A stretch of DNA of 64,000 bases from Herpetosiphon sp. NSE202 (GTDB lineage: Bacteria > Chloroflexota > Chloroflexia > Chloroflexales > Herpetosiphonaceae), in NCBI RefSeq assembly GCF_042688385.1, contig NZ_JBHUPY010000007.1:130110-194109 (forward strand), read 5' to 3'. The notes beneath the pieces are model-generated. The model did not search any database. It worked only from the letters and a program-made list of their open reading frames with translations, and was not told the origin of the DNA. The translations under genes were made by a program, and so were the position numbers. Of this stretch, positions 16,958-28,044 are shown one piece after another; position 1 is the first letter of the stretch; each line of letters starts with the position of its first letter.

Positions 16958-17689
16958 TTAATCCATCCAAACAGCCTCAATCAATCGAGGCAACACCACA
17001 TCAGCACTGCCCGCCAACGAATAGCTCGCAATCCCGCGCAACGGTATATCAGGATTAATTTCAATCACCGTCTTTTTGCGCCGCAACGCCCGATGCGGCA
17101 ATGAAGCAATTGGCTCGACAATCGCCGATGTGCCAATGACCAAGGCCACATCGCTGCGATCAAACGCATCTTTTGCCGCTTGTAAAATTGCCGCATCCAA
17201 CAGCTCGCCAAACCACACAATATCGGGACGCAACGGCGAACCACAAGCAGGGCAAATTGGCTGCTCAGCATCCCAATCTTCAACCAAGCGTCGTTCATGC
17301 GCACAAATTGTGCGCGCCAAACTGCCATGCACCTCAAAAACATTGCTTGAGCCAGCCCGTTGATGCAAACTATCAATATTTTGGGTAAATAACTTAAATT
17401 CTGGCATCAATTGTTCAAGCTGCGCCACTGCATAATGGCCAGCATTGGGTTGAGCCGCTTCACATTGGCGCTGCATCGTTTGATACACCTGAAAAACCCC
17501 AATTGGATCACGCTCGAAGCCAGCCAAGGTTGCAACCTTATCAGGATCATAGGCCGTCCAACGGGCATCGGCGGCAGCACTACGATAGGTCGGAATCCCG
17601 CTGGGCGCAGAAATTCCCGAGCCAGTTAATACAACCATTGATTGGGCTTGACGCAAATGGTGGATTAAATCAGCAGCAAATTCACTCAT
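16958..17689 (-). CDS. cobB: NAD-dependent protein deacylase, Sir2/CobB family
   Basis: GSGISAPSGIPTYRS (Sir2 NAD motif), zinc-ribbon CPACGS...C-term, and HGS catalytic His. Confidence 0.8.
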   Translation of the reverse strand: MSEFAADLIHHLRQAQSMVVLTGSGISAPSGIPTYRSAAADARWTAYDPDKVATLAGFERDPIGVFQVYQTMQRQCEAAQPNAGHYAVAQLEQLMPEFKLFTQNIDSLHQRAGSSNVFEVHGSLARTICAHERRLVEDWDAEQPICPACGSPLRPDIVWFGELLDAAILQAAKDAFDRSDVALVIGTSAIVEPIASLPHRALRRKKTVIEINPDIPLRGIASYSLAGSADVVLPRLIEAVWMD

Positions 17690-18054
17690 TGATCAATCTC
17701 CTTGCAACTCAATTAAAAGCACGAGTGTGCTATTTACTACGTTAGATTGTAAGAGTAAATCGTGGCTAGATAATCAAATCTTATTAACAGTTTATTATTT
17801 GCATAATAATTTAGGCCAAAATCTATTGAAATTCGGCTGCGAATGTTTTACTATCATTAAGAGACAGATTGAGGAACGTTGATGCTCTTTAGCAACGCTT
17901 CACTTTTGCATTCGACTACTTGAGCAAATGGATTTTGTGCCTAGCTGTACGTGATTGCGATTGCGTGCCGCTATTTTTATGATTTTGCCAATACCCACTG
18001 TGGTATTTGCCGATAAACGTCCTATCAATCCTTCATGCCAAAGGATCGCAGACC

Positions 18055-18363
18055 ATGCAAACCGAACGCGTTAAAAGCCGTGGGGTCTTGCTTAAATTAG
18101 CAAGCCATATAGTCCAATTAGCCGTCATTGTCCGCGAAGCCGAGGGTATCAACGATAACGATGCCTACATGGTTGCCGAACAAATTATTGATCATGTGAG
18201 TGCCTCGCATCAAGTGCCAAGCCAAGATTGCTGGCCGGTTCAGGTTGTCTGTCGCGCATGGCAAGTGGTTGTGCAACATCAACCAAGCTGCCGTTGCCGC
18301 GGAGCCGATATGAATACCGTCGCCGATAAATTGGTTAAACTCGATTGGGTTGCCGTCAACTAA
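18055..18363 (+). CDS. Hypothetical protein
   Basis: ORF with RBS AAAGGA before ATG 18055. No recognisable motif. Confidence 0.3.
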   Translation: MQTERVKSRGVLLKLASHIVQLAVIVREAEGINDNDAYMVAEQIIDHVSASHQVPSQDCWPVQVVCRAWQVVVQHQPSCRCRGADMNTVADKLVKLDWVAVN

Positions 18364-18459
18364 CTTCGGCTAATTTCCTCAATTGCTCCAACTCCATGCC
18401 AAAAATCGCCAACATGCGGCTCTAGCTCCCGATAGCGTTTTGTTACGGGAGGTATCATC

Positions 18460-19974
18460 ATGTTGGCGAAAGTTTGGAGTTGCGCCGTGGTTGGCCTCGA
18501 TGGTGCGTTAGTCGAAGTCGAAGTTGATCTCAGTCGTGGTTTGCCGACCTTCACGATTGTAGGCTTGCCCGATACTGCCGTTCAAGAGGCCAAAGAGCGA
18601 GTCCGCGCCGCCGTACGCAATAGTGGCGGTTCCTTCCCCGATAAACGGCTAACCGTCAATTTGGCTCCTGCTGATTTACGTAAAGCAGGCCCAGCCTACG
18701 ATCTGCCAATTGCCGTGGGCATTTTATTGGCTTCAGGCCAAATCGCTGCCGATGTGAGCCAAGCACTGTTTGTCGGCGAGCTATCGCTTGATGGAGCTTT
18801 GCGCCACACCGATGGCATCTTGCCAATGGTCACAATTGCCCGCCGCGAAGGCTTGCAAACAGTTTATGTGCCGCATTGCGATGCCGCCGAAGCAGCGTTA
18901 CTCGGCGATATGACGATTATTCCTGTGCGCTCCATCGTCGAGATTGCTGCTCATCTCAATGGCGAGCACTATATCGCAGCCTACGAAGGCCAGCCACCAG
19001 CCCCTGAAGCCCTCAGTTATAGCGTCGATTTTGCCGATGTCAAAGGCCAAGAACACGTCAAACGGGCTTTAGAAGTTGCTGCTGCTGGTGGTCATAATGT
19101 TCTGATGAGCGGCCCGCCTGGCTCTGGCAAAACCTTACTAGCCCGCTGCGTACCCTCTATTTTGCCGCCGTTGAGCCTTGATGAAGCCTTGGATGTAACC
19201 AAAATTTATTCGGTCAAAGGCCTGTTACCCAGCGATCTGCCCTTTATTCGCACGCGCCCATTTCGCTCGCCGCATCACACAATTTCCAATGCTGGCCTCG
19301 TCGGTGGTGGCCGCACCCCGCAGCCAGGCGAGATTTCGTTGGCCCATCGGGGCGTGCTTTTTCTCGACGAAATGCCCGAATTTAGCCAACAAGTACTCGA
19401 AGTCTTGCGCCAACCACTCGAAGATCATACGGTGGTACTCAGTCGCGCCGCAGGCACGCTCACATTCCCGGCAAACTTCGTGCTAATAGGTGCTATGAAC
19501 CCTTGCCCTTGTGGCTACTTAAGTGACCCTACCCGCCAATGCGTCTGCCCACCAGCCGCAATTGCCCGCTATCAAAAACGCATTTCTGGGCCATTACTCG
19601 ATCGCATCGATATTCATATTGAAGTCCCACGGCTTGAATATGAAAAGCTTGCGAGTGTGCGTAGTAGCGAATCATCGGAGCAAATTCGCGAGCGCGTCGT
19701 GTTAGCGCGCCAACGCCAAGCTGAACGCTTTTGCAAGCAGTCAATCTTGACCAATAGCGATATGGGGCCAGCCCAATTGCGCCAAGCCTGCGAGCTTGAT
19801 GCCGCCAGCCAAAGCCTGATGAAGGCGGCCATGCGCCAATTACAACTCTCGGCCCGCAGTTATCATCGGGTGCTTAAATTGGCCCGCACAATTGCTGATT
19901 TGGCTAATCTTGAGCAAATTCAACCAGCGCATTTGGCCGAAGCACTGCAATATCGACCCCGCCGAACCGAATAA
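18460..19974 (+). CDS. comM: Mg-chelatase-like AAA+ ATPase YifB/ComM
   Basis: N-terminal MLAKVWSCAVVGLDGALVEVEVDLSRGLPTFTIVGLPDTAVQEAKERV (YifB signature), Walker A GPPGSGKT, C-terminal Mg-chelatase domain. Confidence 0.85.
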   Translation: MLAKVWSCAVVGLDGALVEVEVDLSRGLPTFTIVGLPDTAVQEAKERVRAAVRNSGGSFPDKRLTVNLAPADLRKAGPAYDLPIAVGILLASGQIAADVSQALFVGELSLDGALRHTDGILPMVTIARREGLQTVYVPHCDAAEAALLGDMTIIPVRSIVEIAAHLNGEHYIAAYEGQPPAPEALSYSVDFADVKGQEHVKRALEVAAAGGHNVLMSGPPGSGKTLLARCVPSILPPLSLDEALDVTKIYSVKGLLPSDLPFIRTRPFRSPHHTISNAGLVGGGRTPQPGEISLAHRGVLFLDEMPEFSQQVLEVLRQPLEDHTVVLSRAAGTLTFPANFVLIGAMNPCPCGYLSDPTRQCVCPPAAIARYQKRISGPLLDRIDIHIEVPRLEYEKLASVRSSESSEQIRERVVLARQRQAERFCKQSILTNSDMGPAQLRQACELDAASQSLMKAAMRQLQLSARSYHRVLKLARTIADLANLEQIQPAHLAEALQYRPRRTE

Positions 19975-20132
19975 ACGGCTGGTGGTAACATCTGCTAACC
20001 AACACAGCGATTGACATCACCCATCAGCCACGTACAATCATCATGAAACCGATCGATTGATCAATACGGCGCTTGCTGGTTGCTGGGCAAGCGTGTATAT
20101 ACGTGCCAATGATGCTATTTGTTGGCTGAAGG

Positions 20133-21938
20133 ATGGACACGATGCTGGCACAAGCCCCGAAACAATTAAGTAATTTGCGTCATTTAGAGCTACGACGCAT
20201 GTTTCAGTATGTATATCCCTATCGCTGGCGCTTAGCAATCGCGCTACTCTGTTTGGCAATTTCAAGCGGCATTGGCCTAATCATGCCGCTGGCAATTCGC
20301 AATTTGGTCGAAACAGTCAAAGATGCTTCAAGCACCAGCGCCTTGGATAAGGTTGCGCTGGGCTTAATGGGCGTGTTTATCGCTCAAATGGTGTTTAACT
20401 ATATTCAAGGTTATTTTTTGACCTATGTTGGTGAGCGCGCAGTTGCCGATCTGCGAATTGAGGTCTATTCGCATTTGCAGCGGCTTTCGTTGGCTTTCTT
20501 TAGCGAACGCCGCGTCGGCGAATTAACTTCGCGCGTCACCAACGATGTAACGGTCATTCAAGGCATCGGCACAAATGCGGTTGCTGCTTTTCTGCAAAAT
20601 GGTATTACCTTCATCGGCAGTTTCATTATGATGATCAATCTCAGTTGGCAGCTGACCGCAATTACGCTGCTGCTAATTCCTTTAATGATTGTGCTGGCGA
20701 TTATTTATGGTCGCCGGATTCGCAATATGTCAACTGAAGTTCAGGATCGCATGGCTGAAGCCTCATCGGTGCTTGAAGAAACCATCTCCGGCGTGCGAAT
20801 CGTCCAATCATTTGCCCGCGAACCCTATGAAGTTGAGCGATTTAGCGGCGCAATTGAACATGCCTTCTCAGCCTCGATGCGGCGCACCAAAACCCGCGCC
20901 CAGTTTGTGCCAATCGTTTCGTTTTCGGGCTTTGGAGCCTTGGTATTCGTTCTTTGGTTTGGTGGCCGCCAAGTTTTGAATGGCACGATGCAACTTGGCG
21001 ATTTGATTGCCTTCTTGCTGTATGCGGCGGTAATTGCTGGCTCGCTTGGCACGTTTACTAGCTTGTATAGCCAATTGCAAGAGGCGCTTGGCTCAACCGC
21101 GCGGGTGTTTGGCATTTTGGATACCGCACCTTCCATCGCCAGCAAAACCAACGCCATCACCTTGCCGCCAATCGAAGGTGAGATTTACCTTGAAGATGTT
21201 TCGTTCAACTATAGCGAAGGCAGTATACCCGTTTTGAACAACATCAATCTGCGGGTTGAGCCAGGCGAAGTGATGGCGATTGTCGGGCCAAGTGGCTCTG
21301 GCAAATCGACCTTGGTCAACTTAATTCCGCGTTTTTATGATGTTACCAAAGGGCGAATTACGGTTGATGGCTTTGATATTCGCGATGTTGATTTGCCGTC
21401 GTTGCGCTCGCAAATTGGCATTGTGCCGCAAGAAACCTTGCTATTTAGCGGCACGATTGCCGATAATATTCGCTATGGCAACCTCGATGCGCCAATGGAA
21501 GCAGTTATCGAAGCGGCCAAAGCAGCCAACGCTCACGACTTTATCAGCAATTTCGAGGGTGGCTATGAATCAATCGTTGGCGAGCGGGGGATTAAACTCT
21601 CTGGTGGTCAGCGCCAGCGCGTCGCGATTGCCCGAGCTTTGCTCAAAAACCCACGGATTTTAATTTTGGATGAAGCAACCTCGGCGATGGATAGTGAATC
21701 GGAAGGCTTGGTACAAGAGGCCTTAGAACGCTTGATGCAAGGCCGCACCACCTTCGTGATTGCCCATCGGCTTTCGACCGTCAAAAATGCTACCAGAATT
21801 GCCGTGATTGAGCATGGCCGCGTGACTGAACTTGGCAGCCATAGCGAACTTTTGGCTCAAGCAGGCACATATGCTCGCTTGTACCATTTACAATTTGAAA
21901 CCAACGAAGCAGCCGCAACTGTGCTAACAGAGTATTAA
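20133..21938 (+). CDS. ABC transporter permease/ATP-binding protein (type I exporter, MsbA-like)
   Basis: Six-TM N-terminal domain, Walker A GPSGSGKST, signature LSGGQRQRVAIARALL, Walker B ILILDEATSAMD. Confidence 0.85.
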   Translation: MDTMLAQAPKQLSNLRHLELRRMFQYVYPYRWRLAIALLCLAISSGIGLIMPLAIRNLVETVKDASSTSALDKVALGLMGVFIAQMVFNYIQGYFLTYVGERAVADLRIEVYSHLQRLSLAFFSERRVGELTSRVTNDVTVIQGIGTNAVAAFLQNGITFIGSFIMMINLSWQLTAITLLLIPLMIVLAIIYGRRIRNMSTEVQDRMAEASSVLEETISGVRIVQSFAREPYEVERFSGAIEHAFSASMRRTKTRAQFVPIVSFSGFGALVFVLWFGGRQVLNGTMQLGDLIAFLLYAAVIAGSLGTFTSLYSQLQEALGSTARVFGILDTAPSIASKTNAITLPPIEGEIYLEDVSFNYSEGSIPVLNNINLRVEPGEVMAIVGPSGSGKSTLVNLIPRFYDVTKGRITVDGFDIRDVDLPSLRSQIGIVPQETLLFSGTIADNIRYGNLDAPMEAVIEAAKAANAHDFISNFEGGYESIVGERGIKLSGGQRQRVAIARALLKNPRILILDEATSAMDSESEGLVQEALERLMQGRTTFVIAHRLSTVKNATRIAVIEHGRVTELGSHSELLAQAGTYARLYHLQFETNEAAATVLTEY

Positions 21939-22077
21939 AATTAAAAGGATTAGACCAAAACAGGACGATCGAGGCTTGCCGTTAAGATAAGTTAGCGTAT
22001 ACTATAAAGACGTATTATGCTGCTTTTAACCCACTCTGTGTGGCCATTCTGCCACAGCGAAATGAGGGATTTTTGAT

Positions 22078-24510
22078 ATGACCCGAGAAAAAGACCGCCC
22101 TCGTACAGGAACCGAGCGCACTTTACCACTGGTGGTATTGGGCGAAATTGTGATCATGCCGCACATGACTGTGCCGCTCCAGGTTGGGCAGGGCAAGTCT
22201 TATCGGGCCATGGAACAAGCGATGGAAGATGATCAACACGTTTTGTTGATCTTTGTTTCCGAGGCCGAAATTGAAGCCTACAAAGGCCACGAACCCCAAC
22301 AATTACCCAAAGTTGGCGTGGTCGCGCGCTTGGAAGATTTCTCCCAATTGCCCGATGGCACGGTAAAAATTGTCCTCGAAGGGATTACCCGCGCTGAGAT
22401 TGTTGATTGTGTTCAGAGCGATCCCTTCTATCGCGTAGCCTGCCGCTACTTGCCAGACCAAGAACCAAAAGGCATCGAAGTCGATGCATTAATGGATACA
22501 GTCAAACAGCAAATTACTGAATTTGTCGATTATTTAGGCGAAATTCCCCAAGAAGCTGTTGCTTTTGTGCATCGCATTAACACGCCTGGCCACTTGGCCG
22601 ACCTCGTGACCTATGGCCCTGCCTTCTCGTTCCAAGATCGCTTGGAATTGTTGAACGAGGCCGAGCCATTGGCTCGCTTGAATCGAGTTCAAGTCATTTT
22701 GGCTCGCCAATTAGAACTCTTGCGCTTGCGGGCCAAAATTCAATCCGATACCAAAGAAGTGCTCGATCAAGGCCAAAAAGAGTATTTCTTGCGCGAACAA
22801 ATGCGCGTTATCCGCCGTGAACTAGGCGAAGATGACGATGGCGATGATCCAATTGATGAATTGCGTCGCAAAGTCAATGAACTCAACGCGCCGCAATATG
22901 TCAAAGATCAAGCCTTGCACGAAATTAAGCGCTTGGCCCAACAAGGCATGAATTCGCCAGAAGCAGGTGTCATTCGCACCTACCTCGATTGGATTATTGC
23001 CCTGCCATGGAACGCCGATCAAGTTGCGGCGATTTCGTTGGTTCAAGCTCGCCAAGTGCTCGACGAAGATCATTATGGCTTGGAAAAAGTCAAAGAGCGG
23101 ATTTTGGAATATCTGGCGGTGCGCAAGCTCGCTGGCAGCAAAATGCGTTCGCCAATCTTGTGCTTCGTTGGCCCTCCTGGCGTGGGTAAAACCAGCCTTG
23201 GCCGCTCGATTGCCCGCGCCTTGGATCGGCCATTCGTGCGCCAATCGTTGGGCGGTGTACACGATGAAGCCGAAATTCGCGGCCACCGCCGTACTTACAT
23301 TGGCGCAATGCCAGGCCGGATTATTCAGGGCATGAAAACCGCCAAGTCGCGCCAAGCTGTCTTTATGCTTGACGAAATCGACAAGATTGGCAATGACTTC
23401 CGTGGCGACCCAACCTCGGCGCTGTTGGAAGTGCTTGATCCTGAGCAAAACAACACCTTCTCAGATCACTATTTGGAAATTCCGTTTGATCTGAGCCAAG
23501 TGGTGTTTGTGGCAACCGCCAACCAACTTGAGCCAATTCCAGCGCCGCTGCGCGACCGCATGGAAATTATCGAGATTGGCGGCTACACCGAGGATGAAAA
23601 ACTGGCGATTGCCCAAGGCTTCTTGTTGCCCAAGCAACGTGAGTTCCATGGCCTCGAAACCAGCCAATTAGAAGTAACCGATGCTGCAATCTTGAAGCTG
23701 ATTCGCGAATATACTCGCGAAGCTGGCGTGCGTAACCTTGAGCGTGAAGTCGCGGCTCTGTGCCGCAAAATTGCCCGCAAGGTAGCTGAATCACAAGATG
23801 AGGAAGCACCCCAAGAAGGCAAGAAGCGGCGCAAGAAGGCTAAAAAAGCCGAGCCAATTAAATTCTTGATTGATGCTGCTGATGTACCAACCTACCTTGG
23901 CCCAGAACATTTCAGCTTTGGAATGGCCGAAGTTGCTGATCAAGTTGGGGTGGCAACAGGCGTTGCTTGGACACCAACCGGTGGCGATATTCTCTCATTC
24001 GAAGTCTTGCCATTGACGGGCAAAGGCGAATTACGCCTGACTGGTCAATTGGGCGATGTGATGAAAGAATCGGCGCAAGCAGCAATGTCGTATGTGCGCT
24101 ATCGCGCCAAAGAATTGGGCATCGAGCCAAATTACTTTGACGAGCACTCAATTCACATTCACGTTCCCGAAGGTGCAGTGCCCAAGGATGGCCCTTCAGC
24201 AGGGATCACCTTAACGATCGCATTGATTTCGGCCATGACTGGGCGAGCGGTACGCCGTGACGTTGCTATGACTGGCGAAGTTACGCTACGTGGCCGGGTT
24301 CTGCCAATTGGTGGCTTGAAAGAAAAAACCTTGGCAGCGCATCGCGCTGGGATCAAAACCTTCATTTTGCCCAAGGAAAACGCCAAAGATATTGTCGATC
24401 TGCCAGAAAAAGTGCGCCAAGATCTGCAATTGATTCCGGTCGAAACCATGGACGAAGTGCTGACAATTGCGCTGATGCCATTTATTCGCCAAGACGTGAT
24501 CGCCAGCTAA
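22078..24510 (+). CDS. lon: ATP-dependent protease La (Lon)
   Basis: Lon N-terminal domain, AAA+ Walker [10 protein letters not shown], catalytic serine [19 protein letters not shown], 810 aa. Confidence 0.95.
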   Translation: MTREKDRPRTGTERTLPLVVLGEIVIMPHMTVPLQVGQGKSYRAMEQAMEDDQHVLLIFVSEAEIEAYKGHEPQQLPKVGVVARLEDFSQLPDGTVKIVLEGITRAEIVDCVQSDPFYRVACRYLPDQEPKGIEVDALMDTVKQQITEFVDYLGEIPQEAVAFVHRINTPGHLADLVTYGPAFSFQDRLELLNEAEPLARLNRVQVILARQLELLRLRAKIQSDTKEVLDQGQKEYFLREQMRVIRRELGEDDDGDDPIDELRRKVNELNAPQYVKDQALHEIKRLAQQGMNSPEAGVIRTYLDWIIALPWNADQVAAISLVQARQVLDEDHYGLEKVKERILEYLAVRKLAGSKMRSPILCFVGPPGVGKTSLGRSIARALDRPFVRQSLGGVHDEAEIRGHRRTYIGAMPGRIIQGMKTAKSRQAVFMLDEIDKIGNDFRGDPTSALLEVLDPEQNNTFSDHYLEIPFDLSQVVFVATANQLEPIPAPLRDRMEIIEIGGYTEDEKLAIAQGFLLPKQREFHGLETSQLEVTDAAILKLIREYTREAGVRNLEREVAALCRKIARKVAESQDEEAPQEGKKRRKKAKKAEPIKFLIDAADVPTYLGPEHFSFGMAEVADQVGVATGVAWTPTGGDILSFEVLPLTGKGELRLTGQLGDVMKESAQAAMSYVRYRAKELGIEPNYFDEHSIHIHVPEGAVPKDGPSAGITLTIALISAMTGRAVRRDVAMTGEVTLRGRVLPIGGLKEKTLAAHRAGIKTFILPKENAKDIVDLPEKVRQDLQLIPVETMDEVLTIALMPFIRQDVIAS

Positions 24511-24535
24511 ATCAGGCTGACGCTCAACGCAACGC

Positions 24536-24945
24536 CCCTTTCCTTATAATGAGGAGAGGGGTGTTTTTGTTAAGGCAGAAGTCAAAAGTCAAAAGTCAAA
24601 ATAGCCGCTGAAACCACGAAGAACGCGAAGAACGCGAAGTACATTTTAGCCACAGATTGCCCAGATTGTTTTGATTATCTTTCCACAGCCAAAAGCCATT
24701 AGCCTTGGAATCTCTGCGCCTCTGCGTTAAATGCCGATCCACGAAACATACGAAGGCTTTTATTTTTTCGCCACAGATTACACAGATTATTATTTTAATC
24801 TCTCAAAGTCATCAGCCAGGAACCTGAACCCTGACTACTATTGACTCCTTTTTTTGGTTTTTGACTTCTGACTTTTGACTTTTGACTTTAAAAAACGCTT
24901 CCCCCACAAACTCGTAGGTTCATGAGGGAAGCAAGGCTGAGAAAT
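24536..24945. repeat. Mosaic intergenic repeat cluster 2
   Basis: (GTCAAAA)n about 24575-24600; CACGAAGAACGCGAAGAACGCGAAG about 24613-24640; CTCTGCGCCTCTGCGTTAA about 24708-24730; (GACTTTT/GACTTCT)n about 24855-24895. Lies between convergent lon and nuoN. Confidence 0.8.
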
Positions 24946-24950
24946 AGATG

Positions 24951-26426
24951 TTATTGGGCGACGGTCAAGACCAAGGCTTTGGCCAAATCGGTGAAGATGT
25001 TTGGCGCAATCCCAACTGCGACAATCCCAATGACTGCAACGAGCACGCCCAACGAGAGCGAAGCCGTGGCATAGGTTGGTTGTGGCTCGGTGGCTTCAGC
25101 ATCGCGCATCCACATCGTCACAATCACCCGCAAGTAGAAGAAGGCTGAAACGACGCTGGTAATCACGCCGATAATCGCCAGATAATCGAGGTTCGCATCC
25201 CAGGCAGCGCGAAAAATGCCAAACTTGCTAGCAAAACCGGCTGTTGGTGGCACACCAGCCAACGAGAACATAAACACGGTCATTGCCAGCGCCAAGAGTG
25301 GGCTACGCTTGCCCAATCCACGCAGATCCTTCAGTTCAAACACGGGCATGCCGCGATTTTCCAAGGCAATCAGCACGGCAAACGCGCCAAGGTTGGTCAA
25401 GGTGTAGGCCAAAAGATAAACCGTGAAGGCGCTGATGCCTTTTTCGCTGGCAGCCAACACGCCGAGCAACATATAGCCAGCGTGCGCAATCGACGAATAG
25501 GCCAACATGCGCTTGAGGTTGCTTTGGGCAACTGCCACAATATTGCCATAAACCATGGTTGCTGCTGCAAACAGGCCAAACAGCAATTGCCACTCTGGCT
25601 TGAGCGCAGGGAAGGCCACGTTCAAGAAGCGCAACATGGCGGCGAACGCAGCACCCTTGGTCGCAACCGACATATAGGCGGTTACTGGCGTGGGCGCGCC
25701 TTCGTACACGTCAGGAGTCCAAGCGTGGAAGGGGAACATTGAAACCTTGAAGCCCAAGGCAATCAGCACAAAGCCAACCCCAGCCAACAAAATTGGATCA
25801 TCAAGCGCTTTGCCGGTGCTTTGCCATGTGCTCAATTCGGTGGCAATTTGTGCCAAGTTGGTCTTGCCAGTCATGCCATAGATTAAGGCGATGCCATAGA
25901 CCAAGAAGCCAGCGGCAAAACCGCCAAGCAACAAATATTTAATCGCTGCTTCGCCCGATTTGAACTGCGGCACGGCAAAGCCCGTCAGCACATACAGCGC
26001 AATCGACAGCGTTTCAACCCCGATGAAGATCGTTACAAGGTCGGTTGCTTGAACCAAGAACAACATGCCAGAGGTTGCAAACAGCACCAAGGGATAAAAC
26101 TCGCCTTGGTTGAGATTTTGGCGTGGCATGTAATCAAAGGCAATCAGCAAGGTCAATGCTGTACCCGCCAGCAAAATCCAATTTACTAACACCCCAAACT
26201 GATCAAACACCAACATGTCTGAAAAGCCCGAGACATTTAAGCCATAATCCAGCGCACCAAGCGCCGCAGTCACGCCCAGCCCAATCAGGCTTAGCGTGAT
26301 CAAAACCCGCCGATCTGAGGTAAACATATCGACAATCAAGACCAACATCGCCCAAATCATCAGGAATGCTGGCATGCCTAAGACTGTCCAGTTAATCTCC
26401 GGCGTGACAAATGTTAAATCATTCAT
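24951..26426 (-). CDS. nuoN: NADH-quinone oxidoreductase subunit N
   Basis: 14-TM antiporter-like subunit. Order and size within nuoI-N. Confidence 0.85.
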   Translation of the reverse strand: MNDLTFVTPEINWTVLGMPAFLMIWAMLVLIVDMFTSDRRVLITLSLIGLGVTAALGALDYGLNVSGFSDMLVFDQFGVLVNWILLAGTALTLLIAFDYMPRQNLNQGEFYPLVLFATSGMLFLVQATDLVTIFIGVETLSIALYVLTGFAVPQFKSGEAAIKYLLLGGFAAGFLVYGIALIYGMTGKTNLAQIATELSTWQSTGKALDDPILLAGVGFVLIALGFKVSMFPFHAWTPDVYEGAPTPVTAYMSVATKGAAFAAMLRFLNVAFPALKPEWQLLFGLFAAATMVYGNIVAVAQSNLKRMLAYSSIAHAGYMLLGVLAASEKGISAFTVYLLAYTLTNLGAFAVLIALENRGMPVFELKDLRGLGKRSPLLALAMTVFMFSLAGVPPTAGFASKFGIFRAAWDANLDYLAIIGVITSVVSAFFYLRVIVTMWMRDAEATEPQPTYATASLSLGVLVAVIGIVAVGIAPNIFTDLAKALVLTVAQ

Positions 26427-26444
26427 TCGAACTCACGCTCCGTC

Positions 26445-27998
26445 TTATTGGCCAGCAATCAGTGGCGCAGCATTGGCAACGAAGGCTTCAAGCGCCTTGA
26501 TCGTTGTTTCCATTGGGCGAGTAAAGTATGGCGAGTAGAGACCAATTACCAACATCAATATACAGAGTGGCAACAAAATCGCTACTTCGCGGCGAGTCAA
26601 ATCGCTCAGGTGCGGCGTGCGGCGTTCGCTAAATGGCCCCGAAGCAATGCCTTGGAACATTTTGAGCAAATAGACCGCTGCCAAAATCACGCCAACTGCG
26701 GCAAACGCGGTAAACGTCCAGCCGATTGGCGAATCGAATGCGCCGAGCATAATTAGGAATTCGCCAACGAAGCCGTTTAAGCCAGGCAAGCCGACCGAGG
26801 CCATCGTGGCAAACAACAGGAAGTAAACGAACACGGGCACAACTTTCCACAAACCGCCGTAATCGGCCAATTCGCGGGTGTGAGTGCGTTCGTAAACCAT
26901 CCCAATCAACAAGAACAATGCGCCAGTGCTCAACCCGTGGTTGATCATTTGCAGCACTGCGCCTTGCAAACCAACTTCATTCAGCGCGAAAATCCCCAGC
27001 ACGATAAAGCCCATGTGGCTGACTGATGAATAGGCCACCAGCTTTTTAATATCGCTTTGGGCATACGAAAGCACTGCGCCATAGATGATCCCAATCACTG
27101 CCAGCAAGGCAATTGGCCGTGCCCATTCTTGGGCAACTTGCGGGAACAACTGCACGCAGAAGCGAATCATGCCGTAGCCACCCATTTTCAGCAGCACCGC
27201 CGCCAGAATCACCGAACCAGCGGTTGGTGCTTCAACGTGCGCATCAGGCAGCCACGTGTGGACAGGCCACAATGGCACTTTGACCGCAAACGCCACGAAG
27301 AATGAGAGGAACAGCAATTTCAATTCGGTATCCGACAAGCCAAATTGATTGATATTGGCCATCAAGGTTTGCACTTGGAAGGCCGTATCAGTTGGCAAGC
27401 CTTGTTGCGCCAAATATTGGTAATTGAGCAAGCCCAAGGCAATAATGCCGATCAACATAAACACCGAGGCAGCGAAGGTATACAAGAAGAACTTCACTGT
27501 GGCGTAAATGCGGCGCTTGCCACCCCAAATCCCAATCAAGAAATACATTGGAATCAGGGTAAATTCCCAGAAGATATAGAACAAGAACAGGTCTTGGGCC
27601 AAAAACACGCCCAACATCCCAGTTTCTTGCAACAGAATCAGCATCAAGAAGTTGTTGGTTTTGTCTTCAACATTCCATGCACTCCAAATTGCCAAAGGAG
27701 TGATGAAGGTTGTCAGCAGCACCAACCACAAACTAATGCCATCAAGACCCAACTCGTAGCGCACGCCCCAATCTGGAATCCAGCTGAAATATTCGTAGAA
27801 CTGGAGTCCAGCGGCATCGTGCTTGAAATTGAACAAAATTGGCAATGACACGGCGAAAACGAGTGTGCTCCAGCCCAAGGCAAAAATTCGGGCTGCTCCG
27901 CGTTGGCCGCGCATAAACGCCAGGATGATCGCACCGACGGCGGGTAAAAACACCACCAGCGATAAGATCGTAAAACCTAAGTCGTTTGTATTCGTCAA
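26445..27998 (-). CDS. nuoM: NADH-quinone oxidoreductase subunit M
   Basis: Antiporter-like subunit, 517 aa, conserved LFLFYIFWEFTLIPMY. Confidence 0.85.
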   Translation of the reverse strand: MTNTNDLGFTILSLVVFLPAVGAIILAFMRGQRGAARIFALGWSTLVFAVSLPILFNFKHDAAGLQFYEYFSWIPDWGVRYELGLDGISLWLVLLTTFITPLAIWSAWNVEDKTNNFLMLILLQETGMLGVFLAQDLFLFYIFWEFTLIPMYFLIGIWGGKRRIYATVKFFLYTFAASVFMLIGIIALGLLNYQYLAQQGLPTDTAFQVQTLMANINQFGLSDTELKLLFLSFFVAFAVKVPLWPVHTWLPDAHVEAPTAGSVILAAVLLKMGGYGMIRFCVQLFPQVAQEWARPIALLAVIGIIYGAVLSYAQSDIKKLVAYSSVSHMGFIVLGIFALNEVGLQGAVLQMINHGLSTGALFLLIGMVYERTHTRELADYGGLWKVVPVFVYFLLFATMASVGLPGLNGFVGEFLIMLGAFDSPIGWTFTAFAAVGVILAAVYLLKMFQGIASGPFSERRTPHLSDLTRREVAILLPLCILMLVIGLYSPYFTRPMETTIKALEAFVANAAPLIAGQ

Positions 27999-28044
27999 GG
28001 GTTACTCCTTGTGAAGAAACAAGCCGGAGCCTGCGCTTCACGTC

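Noticed and set aside
16958-17689. Sir2-domain protein as a possible antiphage (Thoeris/DSR-like) effector
   Set aside because: It has the complete sirtuin deacylase architecture (GAGISxxxGIPxFR, catalytic His, CPxCG zinc ribbon) at about 240 aa and no partner gene. This is consistent with housekeeping CobB rather than a NADase defence effector.
24536-24560. Lon terminator hairpin (CGCCCCTTTCC...GGAGAGGGGTG)
   Set aside because: The arms are only imperfectly complementary (several mismatches) and there is no U-tract. Not called as a separate terminator. It may be part of repeat cluster 2.
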